This document shows positions 55,553 through 63,999 of a stretch of DNA of 64,000 bases, in pieces; position 1 is the stretch's first letter, and each line of letters starts with the position of its first letter. The stretch is from the IMG/VR virus record IMGVR_UViG_3300037261_000033, positions 1 through 64,000 of that record; one strand, 5' to 3'. The notes under the pieces are model-generated. The model worked only from the letters and a program-made list of their open reading frames with translations. It was not told where the DNA came from and did not search any database. The translations under genes and the position numbers were made by a program. Source of the DNA: a virus.

Positions 55553-56231
55553 CGGCGTTCATCAGCCGCATCGCTTTCTCGCTCTCAGCGTTGGTCAATA
55601 GCTGTAGCCGGACGCGCGGTTGAACTAACGTCACAGGGATCGGGCCACCATCTGAGCCTTCATGCGCGTGCCGTTGCGTTGCTTTCGGTAATACCCCGGC
55701 GTCCTGCAATAATGAGATTCTGACTTCCGAGATTTTGGTCGCCGTGTTGAGATAGCCTATTTTCTCGTTCCCTTCCGACTCACGAATGCCGTGTAAAGCG
55801 ATAGCGCGCCCCGCTTCTAAGTCGGCAAGCGTTTCATTCAAAATTGCGCTGGCGTGCGTAGCGTCCAGCGTCTCGCACAACGCTTTCTCGATGGCTCGTA
55901 GATCGTTGATGACCGTTTGCTGTCCCGCGCCCAGTTCCGCCGCCATCTCGCGCACGCTGTAACCGAGTAATCGCATCGTATAAACTTTCGTGCGCCGCTG
56001 CTTCTGCGAAAACGTTCCCTCGAAACTCTTCGGATCGATTGCTCTCGTTTGCTCTCTCTTCCCCTTAGCAGCGGTGATTGGAACGCGAACTCGCTTGATG
56101 ATTCTTTTCAGTCGTTTCCGTTCGCTCTCACTGAGGAGTCCGCCCTTAGTCAATCTACTCACACGGTTGAGTTGATCTCGGTCGAGTAACGCTTGCGCGT
56201 CCTTCGGTGTGATTTGTTCTTCTGCGCTCAT
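55539..56231 (-). CDS. terS: Terminase small subunit (putative)
   Basis: HTH GYSVREMAAELG....V..DL; C-terminal EGSDGGPI; overlaps terL start. Confidence 0.7.
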   Translation of the reverse strand: MSAEEQITPKDAQALLDRDQLNRVSRLTKGGLLSESERKRLKRIIKRVRVPITAAKGKREQTRAIDPKSFEGTFSQKQRRTKVYTMRLLGYSVREMAAELGAGQQTVINDLRAIEKALCETLDATHASAILNETLADLEAGRAIALHGIRESEGNEKIGYLNTATKISEVRISLLQDAGVLPKATQRHAHEGSDGGPIPVTLVQPRVRLQLLTNAESEKAMRLMNADATS

Positions 56232-56260
56232 ATTCGTTTCGTTCCTTCTTTTCTTTCGCG

Positions 56261-57259
56261 TTAGAGTTTCAGGATGCGCTGCTTTACGTGTTCCGCAACT
56301 GCTTTCATAAGAAGCGGTGGGACGCTATTACCCATTCTTGATACGGCTCCGCTCCATGTTTTCTCTACATTCCCTTCGTCCGCGAATTTGAAATCATCTG
56401 GAAATCCGAAAAGTCTTTTGTATTCGTTCGTTGTAAAGCGTCGCTTCTCTCGCCAATGCATTGAGCCGTAAAGTCCGATATTGCCATCACTTTTTCTTAT
56501 TGTTGGTGATGGTTTTTCGGGGTTGGCTTTAACCGCGCCGAATCCTTTTACCTCTTTCCGCGCCCCGCTTACGCTCTGGCCGGGCTTGGTAATTTCCCAA
56601 TCAGTGAAAGCTACGTTATTCGAGCATTCCGAAAGCATCCAGTTCCTTTCAGTTTCTTCTATATTAACTTTGCGTAACGCCTCGCTGCATGAAATAACCC
56701 GCGTTACGTTCGGAGTAGGGAGCGTTGCCTCGCCTACTCGTGTTCCTATTACTATGACTCTATTCCGAGCTTGCGGGGTTCCGTAATGCGCGGCGTTGAG
56801 AACTTCCGCTTTTACGTGATAGCCGCTCGCCCGCAGCGATACCATTAGCGCGAGAAACATTGGCTTCATGTGTCCTTTAATAAGCCCCGTAACATTTTCC
56901 ATTACGAAAGTCTTTGGCTTAAGCGCTTGAAGTAGTCGCACGTATTGATCTGAGAGAGTATTTCTTTGGTCATTTAATTTTCTCTTCCCTGCCGTCGAAA
57001 ACCCCTGACATGGCGGTGAGCCGTCAAGCACGTCCAGTTCGCCTTTCTTAACGCCCGCGAGCTTCATGCACTCCGCGCCGCTTAGCTCCTTTATGTCGCC
57101 GTGATAGACCGGCACGCGTGGAAAGTTTAGCTTGAACGTCGCGACCGCGTTATCATCCCACTCAACCGCGAGCAATTCCTTGAATCCCGCCCATTTGTAA
57201 CCAAGTGAACTTCCGCCACAGCCCGCGAAGAGTGAAATAACGGTCGGCTTCCTGCTCAC
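56261..57259 (-). CDS. DNA (cytosine-5) methyltransferase
   Basis: FAGCGG, PPCQGFS, ENV, Q.R.R, GNSV. Confidence 0.95.
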   Translation of the reverse strand: MSRKPTVISLFAGCGGSSLGYKWAGFKELLAVEWDDNAVATFKLNFPRVPVYHGDIKELSGAECMKLAGVKKGELDVLDGSPPCQGFSTAGKRKLNDQRNTLSDQYVRLLQALKPKTFVMENVTGLIKGHMKPMFLALMVSLRASGYHVKAEVLNAAHYGTPQARNRVIVIGTRVGEATLPTPNVTRVISCSEALRKVNIEETERNWMLSECSNNVAFTDWEITKPGQSVSGARKEVKGFGAVKANPEKPSPTIRKSDGNIGLYGSMHWREKRRFTTNEYKRLFGFPDDFKFADEGNVEKTWSGAVSRMGNSVPPLLMKAVAEHVKQRILKL

Positions 57260-57837
57260 CAGCTAAATCCACATTTAGGGCATTTGTGTGAAACTTTTCC
57301 CAACTTCTCTTCATCAACCGGAGTGTTGCTGTCCGGTATCACTAACTTTTTTAGAAGTGCGTCCATTTCTTCTTTATCGAATCCGAGTAAGTCGATGCTT
57401 ATCGGTTTCTGCGCGCCCTGTAATTCAGCGAGCAGCTTCGCAAGCGCAGTGTCGTTAAACTCTCCGCCGTGCCGGTTCGCCGCGATCATTGCCGCCGCTT
57501 CTTTTTGTTTCGGCCAGTCAACTTCGCGGTAGGCGTAGCGTGTTCCGTTCACTTCGCAGTGGCCGTAGGCAACTGTACCGGTCTTATCCGGTTCCTTAAG
57601 CGCCTCTGTAATCGTTACCTTTGTTTCAGGTGAGTTGAAGGCCGCGATTCTTTGATGTCCGCCGACCAACCTTTCCGTTCTTCGGTTTAGAACGATGCCA
57701 CCTAAGTCTCCGAACTCCGCTAATGCTTTCCCTAGCTTTTCAAGTTGCGCCGGGGAAATAAGGCGTGGGTTTTTCGGGTTCGCGTTGAGCGTGGTCAGTA
57801 AGCGCGCGTCCCCCTTTTTGAGCGGCTTCTTTTTCAT
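57256..57837 (-). CDS. ParB-like N-terminal domain protein
   Basis: NPKNPR, FG..GGIVLN, VGGHQR; C-terminal CPKCG. Confidence 0.82.
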   Translation of the reverse strand: MKKKPLKKGDARLLTTLNANPKNPRLISPAQLEKLGKALAEFGDLGGIVLNRRTERLVGGHQRIAAFNSPETKVTITEALKEPDKTGTVAYGHCEVNGTRYAYREVDWPKQKEAAAMIAANRHGGEFNDTALAKLLAELQGAQKPISIDLLGFDKEEMDALLKKLVIPDSNTPVDEEKLGKVSHKCPKCGFSW

Positions 57838-58463
57838 GCGGTCAAGAATTTCTTAAACTCGGCGACAGCCGCCCGGCTCAGCCAAGGATAAATCGAGTTG
57901 CTGCCGTGCCGCATCAGCGGCCCCGCCCATCGGATGTTCAACCGAACGAGCCGCGCGTAGTACTCCATCGCCAGCGCGTGATTTATTTTCATCGCGGCAA
58001 TGAAAGTCTCCGGCGTGTCGATGCGGTGCTTCACCGCGAACGCTTTCATCGCGTCGTGGTTTAGCCACTCGCTGTCAAAGCTCACTTGGAAAATCCCTGT
58101 TTCCGCTCCGGTCTTATGCGCCACGCTCGCAGGGTTTGATTTATCAACGCCTTCGTTCCAGTTCCACGATGACTCGAACCCGGCGTGGACGCGCATCGTT
58201 TCAAGCAGCGCCGCTCTCCGGTGAAGCGCGTTGTCCCATTGGTAGATCGGCGTGCCGCTCGCGTCCTTCCCCACTGGCGTTGCTAAGCTTGATTTGATAG
58301 CCGAAAAGATTTCTACCGGGACGGCGTTCGGCGCGAAGATTTCGTCCGGCGCGTCGCTGCCCCAAGCGATCAGTTCTATCAAGAAACCGTCCGGTGGTGC
58401 ACCCTGCTTTGCTACCTTGGACTTGCACGCCGAAAACTGCCGCGCCGCTTCGTGTTCATTCAT
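57834..58463 (-). CDS. Lysozyme/transglycosylase-like protein (endolysin candidate)
   Basis: GFESS and GIFQ motifs; own promoter TTGACA-17-GACGCT (58472-58500). Confidence 0.5.
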   Translation of the reverse strand: MNEHEAARQFSACKSKVAKQGAPPDGFLIELIAWGSDAPDEIFAPNAVPVEIFSAIKSSLATPVGKDASGTPIYQWDNALHRRAALLETMRVHAGFESSWNWNEGVDKSNPASVAHKTGAETGIFQVSFDSEWLNHDAMKAFAVKHRIDTPETFIAAMKINHALAMEYYARLVRLNIRWAGPLMRHGSNSIYPWLSRAAVAEFKKFLTA

Positions 58464-58508
58464 CTTTTGAGAGCGTCACGCTTTGCTCGCGCGCTGTCAA
58501 TCCGAAAG

Positions 58509-58626
58509 TGGTCGGGCAGGCAGGACTCGAACCTGCGGTGTGGGTTTGTCGCGCCCCAAACGCGATGTCGAACCGCTGACCTACTGGTTATGAGCCAGTC
58601 GCGCTACCAGACTGCGCTACCCCGAT
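58509..58626 (-). ncRNA. Chimeric tRNA-like RNA: 5' tRNA-Met(CAT) part fused to 3' tRNA-Pro(TGG) part
   Basis: D arm GCGC/GCGC, ACTGG-CTCATAA-CCAGT, TCGCG-TTTGGGG-CGCGA, GCAGG-TTCGAGT-CCTGC, ACCA end. Confidence 0.75.
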
Positions 58627-58634
58627 AAAAATAA

Positions 58635-59090
58635 TCACTGCACGACATCGAAGCCGATTACGATCGTACCATTCAACGCCTGCGTCGCGTGCAAGTTCGG
58701 CACGAGGATTACCGCTGAACCGGCTCCCGGCGTTACCGTGGCCCCCGCGAGACTGCCTTGCGAATTTGTTCCGTTCGTAATCGTGACGAAGACCTTGCTC
58801 GTTGCGGTAATCAAGCTGTCCGTCAGCGTGAACGTGTAGGTCGCCAATCCCGCCGTGGTCAGCGCCTCGGTCGTGATGGTTCCGCTATCCGTGTTCAGGG
58901 TCGCGGCGTGCACGGTTGAAACCGCGGTGCCAGTCGTCTTTACGGCTGCGATTCCGCCCGTTCCGACTTTGACCGTCAAGCCGGGCGTCAGCCCCTTGAA
59001 CATTGTCACTTGCGCCTGCGCGTTATCCACCGTCGCAAAACTGATCGCGACGAGTGCCAGTAATCCAACGATGAATGATTTGATTCTCAT
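58635..59090 (-). CDS. Beta-rich decoration-like protein with Sec signal peptide
   Basis: MRIKSFIVGLLALVAISFATVDNAQA|Q; Thr-rich beta domain; promoter TTGACA-17-TAGAAA (59099-59127). Confidence 0.7.
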   Translation of the reverse strand: MRIKSFIVGLLALVAISFATVDNAQAQVTMFKGLTPGLTVKVGTGGIAAVKTTGTAVSTVHAATLNTDSGTITTEALTTAGLATYTFTLTDSLITATSKVFVTITNGTNSQGSLAGATVTPGAGSAVILVPNLHATQALNGTIVIGFDVVQ

Positions 59091-59146
59091 AAGCTCCGTT
59101 TCTAATCCTTCTATGCTCCGGTGTCAACCTTACTTTTCCTCGTCGC

Positions 59147-59497
59147 TTATATTTGTCTCGAAAGAATGTCGTCTCCGTCGTCGAAATGATAAACACAGCG
59201 GAAGCCCATCGCGGCATACGTGGCGCGCGCCGCCTTGTTCTTTTCCACTACGATTAGACTAAGTGATTCCTTTTTCGCGAGGCGCGCGATCCGGGCGCAT
59301 TCCGCGATCATTTTACCGGCCACTCCTTTTCGCCTGTGCCGGTTCGCCACATATACGTTTGACACCAGCGCGTTCGATTTTCCAAGCGTAACAGTAGCGA
59401 CGGCTTTTATGCATAGCGCCGGAGTCACGAGAGTTAATTGCACCGCGTGTTGTCCGTCAATGCGCCGGTCGAATAATATGAGCTTGTCGCGCTTCAT
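59147..59497 (-). CDS. GNAT acetyltransferase
   Basis: NVYV...RRKGVA, N.AA...Y..MGF. Confidence 0.85.
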   Translation of the reverse strand: MKRDKLILFDRRIDGQHAVQLTLVTPALCIKAVATVTLGKSNALVSNVYVANRHRRKGVAGKMIAECARIARLAKKESLSLIVVEKNKAARATYAAMGFRCVYHFDDGDDILSRQI

Positions 59498-59541
59498 GCC
59501 GTTTTTTTCACTTTGTCTGCGTTCTTAATGGCGAGATTAAT

Positions 59542-60042
59542 CTAAATCATCGTATCGCTACGATCCGAATACTTCATGCACGTCAATTCAAACTTTGCGG
59601 TTTCCAGCGCCGCCAGCAGTTCATCATGTGAGGCTCGTAGGGCGGAGTAGGATTCAGGCGCTTTGTCCAGTGCCGTATTCAAATCTGTTAGCACTCCGAT
59701 TGCCGTAGCGCGAATGTCTGGGGTGAATGACGTGCCTTCGTGTTCGATCAAGCGCTTCGCTTTTTCGCAAATATCTCGCAGGGCTTCATGTGAGTTGCAG
59801 GCGGAAACGATAAACTCGGCGTTGGCCCATTGGTTGGATAAATCCTCCACGCGTGATATGTCGTGCTCTGAGTCATCGCTAGTGATGAACAGTTGCCCCA
59901 TACCATTGACCGATATTTTCCACGGCAGCGGGGTGTGCGCCTTCTGTCCCTCGCGGGTTGCGTGCTCACTCGGGAGAGGAGTTTTCGCGTTAGCCCCGCC
60001 CTTGTGTGTGAAATTACTGTTCTTGTCGATCACTAGTTTCAT
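59542..60042 (-). CDS. Hypothetical protein
   Basis: HTPLPW...ANAEFIVSACNSH. Confidence 0.6.
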   Translation of the reverse strand: MKLVIDKNSNFTHKGGANAKTPLPSEHATREGQKAHTPLPWKISVNGMGQLFITSDDSEHDISRVEDLSNQWANAEFIVSACNSHEALRDICEKAKRLIEHEGTSFTPDIRATAIGVLTDLNTALDKAPESYSALRASHDELLAALETAKFELTCMKYSDRSDTMI

Positions 60043-60218
60043 ATTTTATCCGGTTGAGTTTTCAGATGCGCTTCCGCTTCCTCGCGCGTGTCGAAGAAAT
60101 TCTCGAACGTCGTCCGCTTCTTTCGCCCGCGCCCGCGTATCCAGACCATAGTGGCGCTCTCGCGTTCGACTTCCACCGCCTCGATCTTACCGAGGCAGGT
60201 CTTGTATTTCGTGGTCAT
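60039..60218 (-). CDS. Hypothetical protein
   Basis: ATGA-coupled. Confidence 0.55.
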   Translation of the reverse strand: MTTKYKTCLGKIEAVEVERESATMVWIRGRGRKKRTTFENFFDTREEAEAHLKTQPDKI

Positions 60219-60439
60219 GAAGTTTGATTTTCCCAAGCGGGATTTTCGTCACGCATTTCAGCGTTCCAACGGCGAAGCATATCATCCGGCGGCTGCTTCC
60301 CGTTCATTCGAGAAATAACTACCGCTGCCGTTGCTTCGCTTTTGAATGGCCCCTCTCGTTTGGGTTGCCGTCCGTCGTGCCAATCTATATGCCCGGCCCA
60401 CCGCTCGCCGGATTGGTATGTCCAAAGCGTCGGGTTCAT
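60215..60439 (-). CDS. Hypothetical protein
   Basis: MNPTLW start, ATGA-coupled. Confidence 0.5.
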   Translation of the reverse strand: MNPTLWTYQSGERWAGHIDWHDGRQPKREGPFKSEATAAVVISRMNGKQPPDDMLRRWNAEMRDENPAWENQTS

Positions 60440-60699
60440 AGCGAGCGGCTTAAATCCCGCCCCGGCTTTACCTCGATGCTCGGTCGATCTGGCGGATACT
60501 TGTGACCGAGCGGTGGTTGGAATTGATACTGCGGTTTCGCTGTTGCCGGTTTCCGCTCGAACGCTACCAAATCCGACGCCGGTTCCCGCACGAACGCTTG
60601 CCGGTGCGCCTCGCGTTCCATCAGTATCCCGACGTTGGCGCTCGTGAATACCGTCACGAGCCATCCCGCGCAAAGTATAATTAGGGTTGTCTTTTTCAT
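60436..60699 (-). CDS. Hypothetical exported/membrane-anchored protein
   Basis: MKKTTLIILCAGWLVTVF. Confidence 0.55.
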   Translation of the reverse strand: MKKTTLIILCAGWLVTVFTSANVGILMEREAHRQAFVREPASDLVAFERKPATAKPQYQFQPPLGHKYPPDRPSIEVKPGRDLSRSL

Positions 60700-62582
60700 A
60701 GTTTACTCATTTTTGGATGCCACTGTTCCGCACTAAGCAACGCGCCAGCCCATTGAAGGTATTTCCCCTTCTGCGTGCGGTCGCACAAAAACTGTTTGTA
60801 GTCACCCGGCTGGTAGGCCATCAAGTTGAACACGTATTCGAGCGGTATCCACATGCGCCCCGTATAACTCTTTTCGTGCGAACTCCCCCATCGCGGATAA
60901 ATCGTGCGCACGCCACCGTCCCATTCTATTTCAACGCCAGCTATACCGACGCATTCTTTTTCCCGCCTGCCATCGTGTCCCCCGTAACCGCTCCGCGTGT
61001 AATGCGGTTGCACAACGTCACCCTTGTTCCCGCACCTTATCTTCTTTACCTGAATTATCCGGGGACGGTCTTTTGTCTGGAAGGGTCTACGCCGGTGATC
61101 GTAGTAATCGCTGTAAATAAAGTCGCCTTTTTCAAGACCTGCGTTGCTAGCGTCACGGTATTCTTCCCATGTCTTACTCAGCGTCCCGGCCCCTAACGCG
61201 CCTTCCTCATCTCTTATGAGGTTGAGCCATTCGAGCATGTCGTTCTGGTCTGCTAGATTGATAGGCGGATGCGGATGGAATACTTCGCTCCGGTCGAGTA
61301 ATCCCTGCAAGAGTACGACGACGCGGTTGTATTGCTTTAGGTGGTTGCGCAGCTTTTCAGCGTGCGTGTCGTAATCGAAATTATCCGGCGCGATACGGGT
61401 AGTTTCTTTCTCGTCCGGGATATATCGATTATCTTTCCCGCCAGTCCATCCGCCGTATTTTACGGTGTGCGTTTCGCTGAATGCGTCATCAAACTCTCCC
61501 TTTAATGGTATAAGGCGCGGCTGAAAATCGACGGCGCTCGCGATTCGATAAACTTTCTGGCCGTTCCGAATTAAAAGGTAGGTCGCAAAATTCAGCTTAT
61601 TCATTTCCATGTGCGCCCACGCGTCCCAAATTGTTTCCGGTATCCCGTAATCTTTTTCGTCTCGGCGTACCCGAAAGGCGACGAGGCCGCGCGGTTCTGG
61701 TAACACTCGCGCCATGCTCTCCGGCTTCGCTACCCATTCGTCGAAGTCTCTCAGGTTGCGGAAATCCATCCCGCCCTTGTCGAAGTCGATCAACGTCTCT
61801 TCGTCCATAAAGAGTAGGCTTTGGCGCACCGTTATCTTAGTATCTGGCCCCGCCGCTTCGCCGTCCGCGATCTGCTTCACCTTCTCTTGCAACCCGGCGT
61901 AAACTTCCAGCGTGAAAATCTTATCCTCTACCACGCGCAGTTTTTTCTGCATCGCGTAAAGATTGTTCAATTCGGAAAGCATTAAACCCTTCGCGAGTCC
62001 GGCTTGTTCCTTCGCTAACAACTCGATGCTCTTTACCACTTCGGGTATTTTCTTTTTGAGGCGCGTTAGTCGTCCCTTTTCTTTCGCGGGGTCTAGCGTC
62101 CTGATCGCGAGCGCGAACGGTGCTGATTCGGTTGGCGTGAATTGTGTATTACTCGGCGGGAGCGCGTTAGCTTTCTGCGCGTCCTCGTATAGCCGCCGCG
62201 TCTGTGCTTCCATCTCCTGTCGGACTTCCTCCATCCGGTTTTCTAACGCTACTCTCCACTCCGGCGCTGGACGGCAGTTCATCATGAAATCTTGGAAGCT
62301 GATTTGCTCGGTGTATTCCGACTCTCTCTCGATTCTGTTAAACTGGATGTGATTGCTGGCGACATGTTCGACGCACATCAAATGCTCGTGGAATTTCGGC
62401 TCGGCCTTGCGCTTCTTTCCGCGCCGCTTGCTGATGTGCCGCCCGGCGTGGCGATAGATTGTATCTGACGGGTCTTCCTCCACGCGAACCCAAAACCATT
62501 CGCCGATCTTCGGTAAACCACTCTCGATGCTCTCGGTCTTAACCGGCTCGATAACTGCGAGTGATTTTGATTCCTCGTTCAT
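60696..62582 (-). CDS. Large hypothetical protein with coiled coil
   Basis: 628-aa ORF, no motif recognised. Confidence 0.75.
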   Translation of the reverse strand: MNEESKSLAVIEPVKTESIESGLPKIGEWFWVRVEEDPSDTIYRHAGRHISKRRGKKRKAEPKFHEHLMCVEHVASNHIQFNRIERESEYTEQISFQDFMMNCRPAPEWRVALENRMEEVRQEMEAQTRRLYEDAQKANALPPSNTQFTPTESAPFALAIRTLDPAKEKGRLTRLKKKIPEVVKSIELLAKEQAGLAKGLMLSELNNLYAMQKKLRVVEDKIFTLEVYAGLQEKVKQIADGEAAGPDTKITVRQSLLFMDEETLIDFDKGGMDFRNLRDFDEWVAKPESMARVLPEPRGLVAFRVRRDEKDYGIPETIWDAWAHMEMNKLNFATYLLIRNGQKVYRIASAVDFQPRLIPLKGEFDDAFSETHTVKYGGWTGGKDNRYIPDEKETTRIAPDNFDYDTHAEKLRNHLKQYNRVVVLLQGLLDRSEVFHPHPPINLADQNDMLEWLNLIRDEEGALGAGTLSKTWEEYRDASNAGLEKGDFIYSDYYDHRRRPFQTKDRPRIIQVKKIRCGNKGDVVQPHYTRSGYGGHDGRREKECVGIAGVEIEWDGGVRTIYPRWGSSHEKSYTGRMWIPLEYVFNLMAYQPGDYKQFLCDRTQKGKYLQWAGALLSAEQWHPKMSKL

Positions 62583-62830
62583 CCATCCACCTTTCCGAGC
62601 GTGCATTCTTTAGGGTAAAGAAGCGTGTGGTCTTGGCGGCTATCTCCCTTCTGATTCGCGAAGGGGAAGAGCGCTCCGTCAACTTTGCCTTCCGGCAGAT
62701 CGTCCATCTCTATCCACGCTCCGTAGTCCGCCCTACGGCAGCGGCGCACCGTGCCGCTCAATCCCTTTAACGGGCCGTCCTTCACCGTTACGCGAAGTCC
62801 GCTCGTGAATTTTTTGATTTTAATGCTCAT
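62579..62830 (-). CDS. Small SH3/KOW-like protein
   Basis: GLRVTVKDGPLKGLSGTV. Confidence 0.55.
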   Translation of the reverse strand: MSIKIKKFTSGLRVTVKDGPLKGLSGTVRRCRRADYGAWIEMDDLPEGKVDGALFPFANQKGDSRQDHTLLYPKECTLGKVDG

Positions 62831-62892
62831 TGGTTTTTTCTCCGCGCGGCCCCGGCTTGAACAGGGCCGCGCTTCGGTTGATTATTCCGTGG

Positions 62893-63183
62893 TTAATTCT
62901 TACTCTGATGCCCCGTTTTCGCTCCCGAATTGGAAGCCGAAATTGTTATGGAAAAAATACGGCGCAGGTATTCCAAGTGCGCCCAGACTTCCTGCGGCGT
63001 CGCCCACGGTCGCAGATCGACGCTCCGGTTGTCGTCCTCTGTCACGTAGCCCTTGTCGCCGCAATACTGGCAGTCGTGGAGCGCGTCGTGATCGCCTTCT
63101 AGCCATCCGTCTCCGCCGCATTCGTCGCACTGGCGCTCGCCTTCTTTAAGGAGGAGCGGTCGCTCGATGGTCGTGTCATTCAT
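62893..63183 (-). CDS. DnaJ-type zinc-finger protein
   Basis: CDECGGDG...CQYCGDKG. Confidence 0.6.
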   Translation of the reverse strand: MNDTTIERPLLLKEGERQCDECGGDGWLEGDHDALHDCQYCGDKGYVTEDDNRSVDLRPWATPQEVWAHLEYLRRIFSITISASNSGAKTGHQSKN

Positions 63184-63371
63184 AAAGTTTTTTCTCCGTG
63201 CGTTACCGGAGCGGCCATCGGGCACCGCCCCGGCGTTTGACACGATGTTAGAGATTCGCTCCGTTATAATTGCGCTTTACGTTTTCCGCCGCGTCTTCAG
63301 TGGCGAACCATTCCGTTTTTCTGTCGCATGGAAAAATAACCGCCCATTTGAGCCACGCCTTGTCCGCCGAT

Positions 63372-63719
63372 TTACGGACTTGCGCTAATCCAACGGTTGC
63401 CGCCATGTTGATTGATCGGCTCATGCGTCCGCGCGAACTTGACGCACGGCGCGAAGTGAATTTCCATCAATCCGTCTTCCACCGTCATGCTGCCCTCGTC
63501 GATCATGTCGCCCCAAATGCTTTTGGAAATGGACAACGCGCTTTCATGAGTTTCGATGCAGGATGTTTCGTGCGCCAGCTTTTTGCAGTCCGCGCAATCC
63601 GCCGCGTGAACTACGAATACTCCCTTGGATTGGTCGCGGAGATTCGCGCCAAATATTCTAACTTTCAGTCCGCGAGCTTCTGCCGTCGCGCTGGCGTCGT
63701 TGTTTGTGGTTCGTGTCAT
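63372..63719 (-). CDS. Hypothetical Cys/His protein (leaderless)
   Basis: VHAADCAD...FAPC; ATG 5 nt after -10. Confidence 0.65.
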   Translation of the reverse strand: MTRTTNNDASATAEARGLKVRIFGANLRDQSKGVFVVHAADCADCKKLAHETSCIETHESALSISKSIWGDMIDEGSMTVEDGLMEIHFAPCVKFARTHEPINQHGGNRWISASP

Positions 63720-63818
63720 GCCTTATTCTCCGCCCCACTATGCGCCGTGTAAAGCTCTTTTATGACGATTTATGAAGATTTTTTACGCGCCAGTTTGCCT
63801 AGGCAAAACGTGACGTAA
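63710..63818 (-). promoter_or_regulatory. Conserved promoter/operator element, copy 2
   Basis: Same palindrome TTTGCCTAGGCAAA; TTTACA-17-GAGAAT. Confidence 0.8.
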
Positions 63819-63837
63819 GTTGCACGCCCTGCCAATT

Positions 63838-63999
63838 TCAGTCATTTTTCTCTCCGCGCATCATCGAATCCGCTGCCGCCTCTAGCGCCGCGTCCGCCTC
63901 TCCGTCCGGCTCTGGTTCCGCCGCCTCGACCTTCGGCGCGCTGGCGGTGCGCGCGCGCTCTTTCCTTGACCGCTTCGGTTGCGGTTCCGGCTCGCTCGT
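63838..63999 (-). CDS. C-terminal end of an upstream gene (partial)
   Basis: Open frame ...TSEPEPQPKRSRKE...RGEKND*. Confidence 0.5.
   Translation of the reverse strand, partial: TSEPEPQPKRSRKERARTASAPKVEAAEPEPDGEADAALEAAADSMMRGEKND

Noticed and set aside
56261-57259. C5 methyltransferase as half of a type II RM system, or as Dcm
   Set aside because: No adjacent endonuclease; ParB-MTase-terminase context is typical of orphan phage MTases; specificity cannot be read from sequence
62844-62872. GC hairpin GCGCGGCCC/GGGCCGCGC as a terminator
   Set aside because: No adjacent U-tract on the coding strand; function unsupported
665-63752. Numerous plus-strand ORFs in the ORF track (e.g. 19526-20362, 23819-24571, 40349-40942)
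   Set aside because: Antisense shadows of well-supported minus-strand genes, with no motifs; those at 19.5-22.2 kb just mirror the repeat codons
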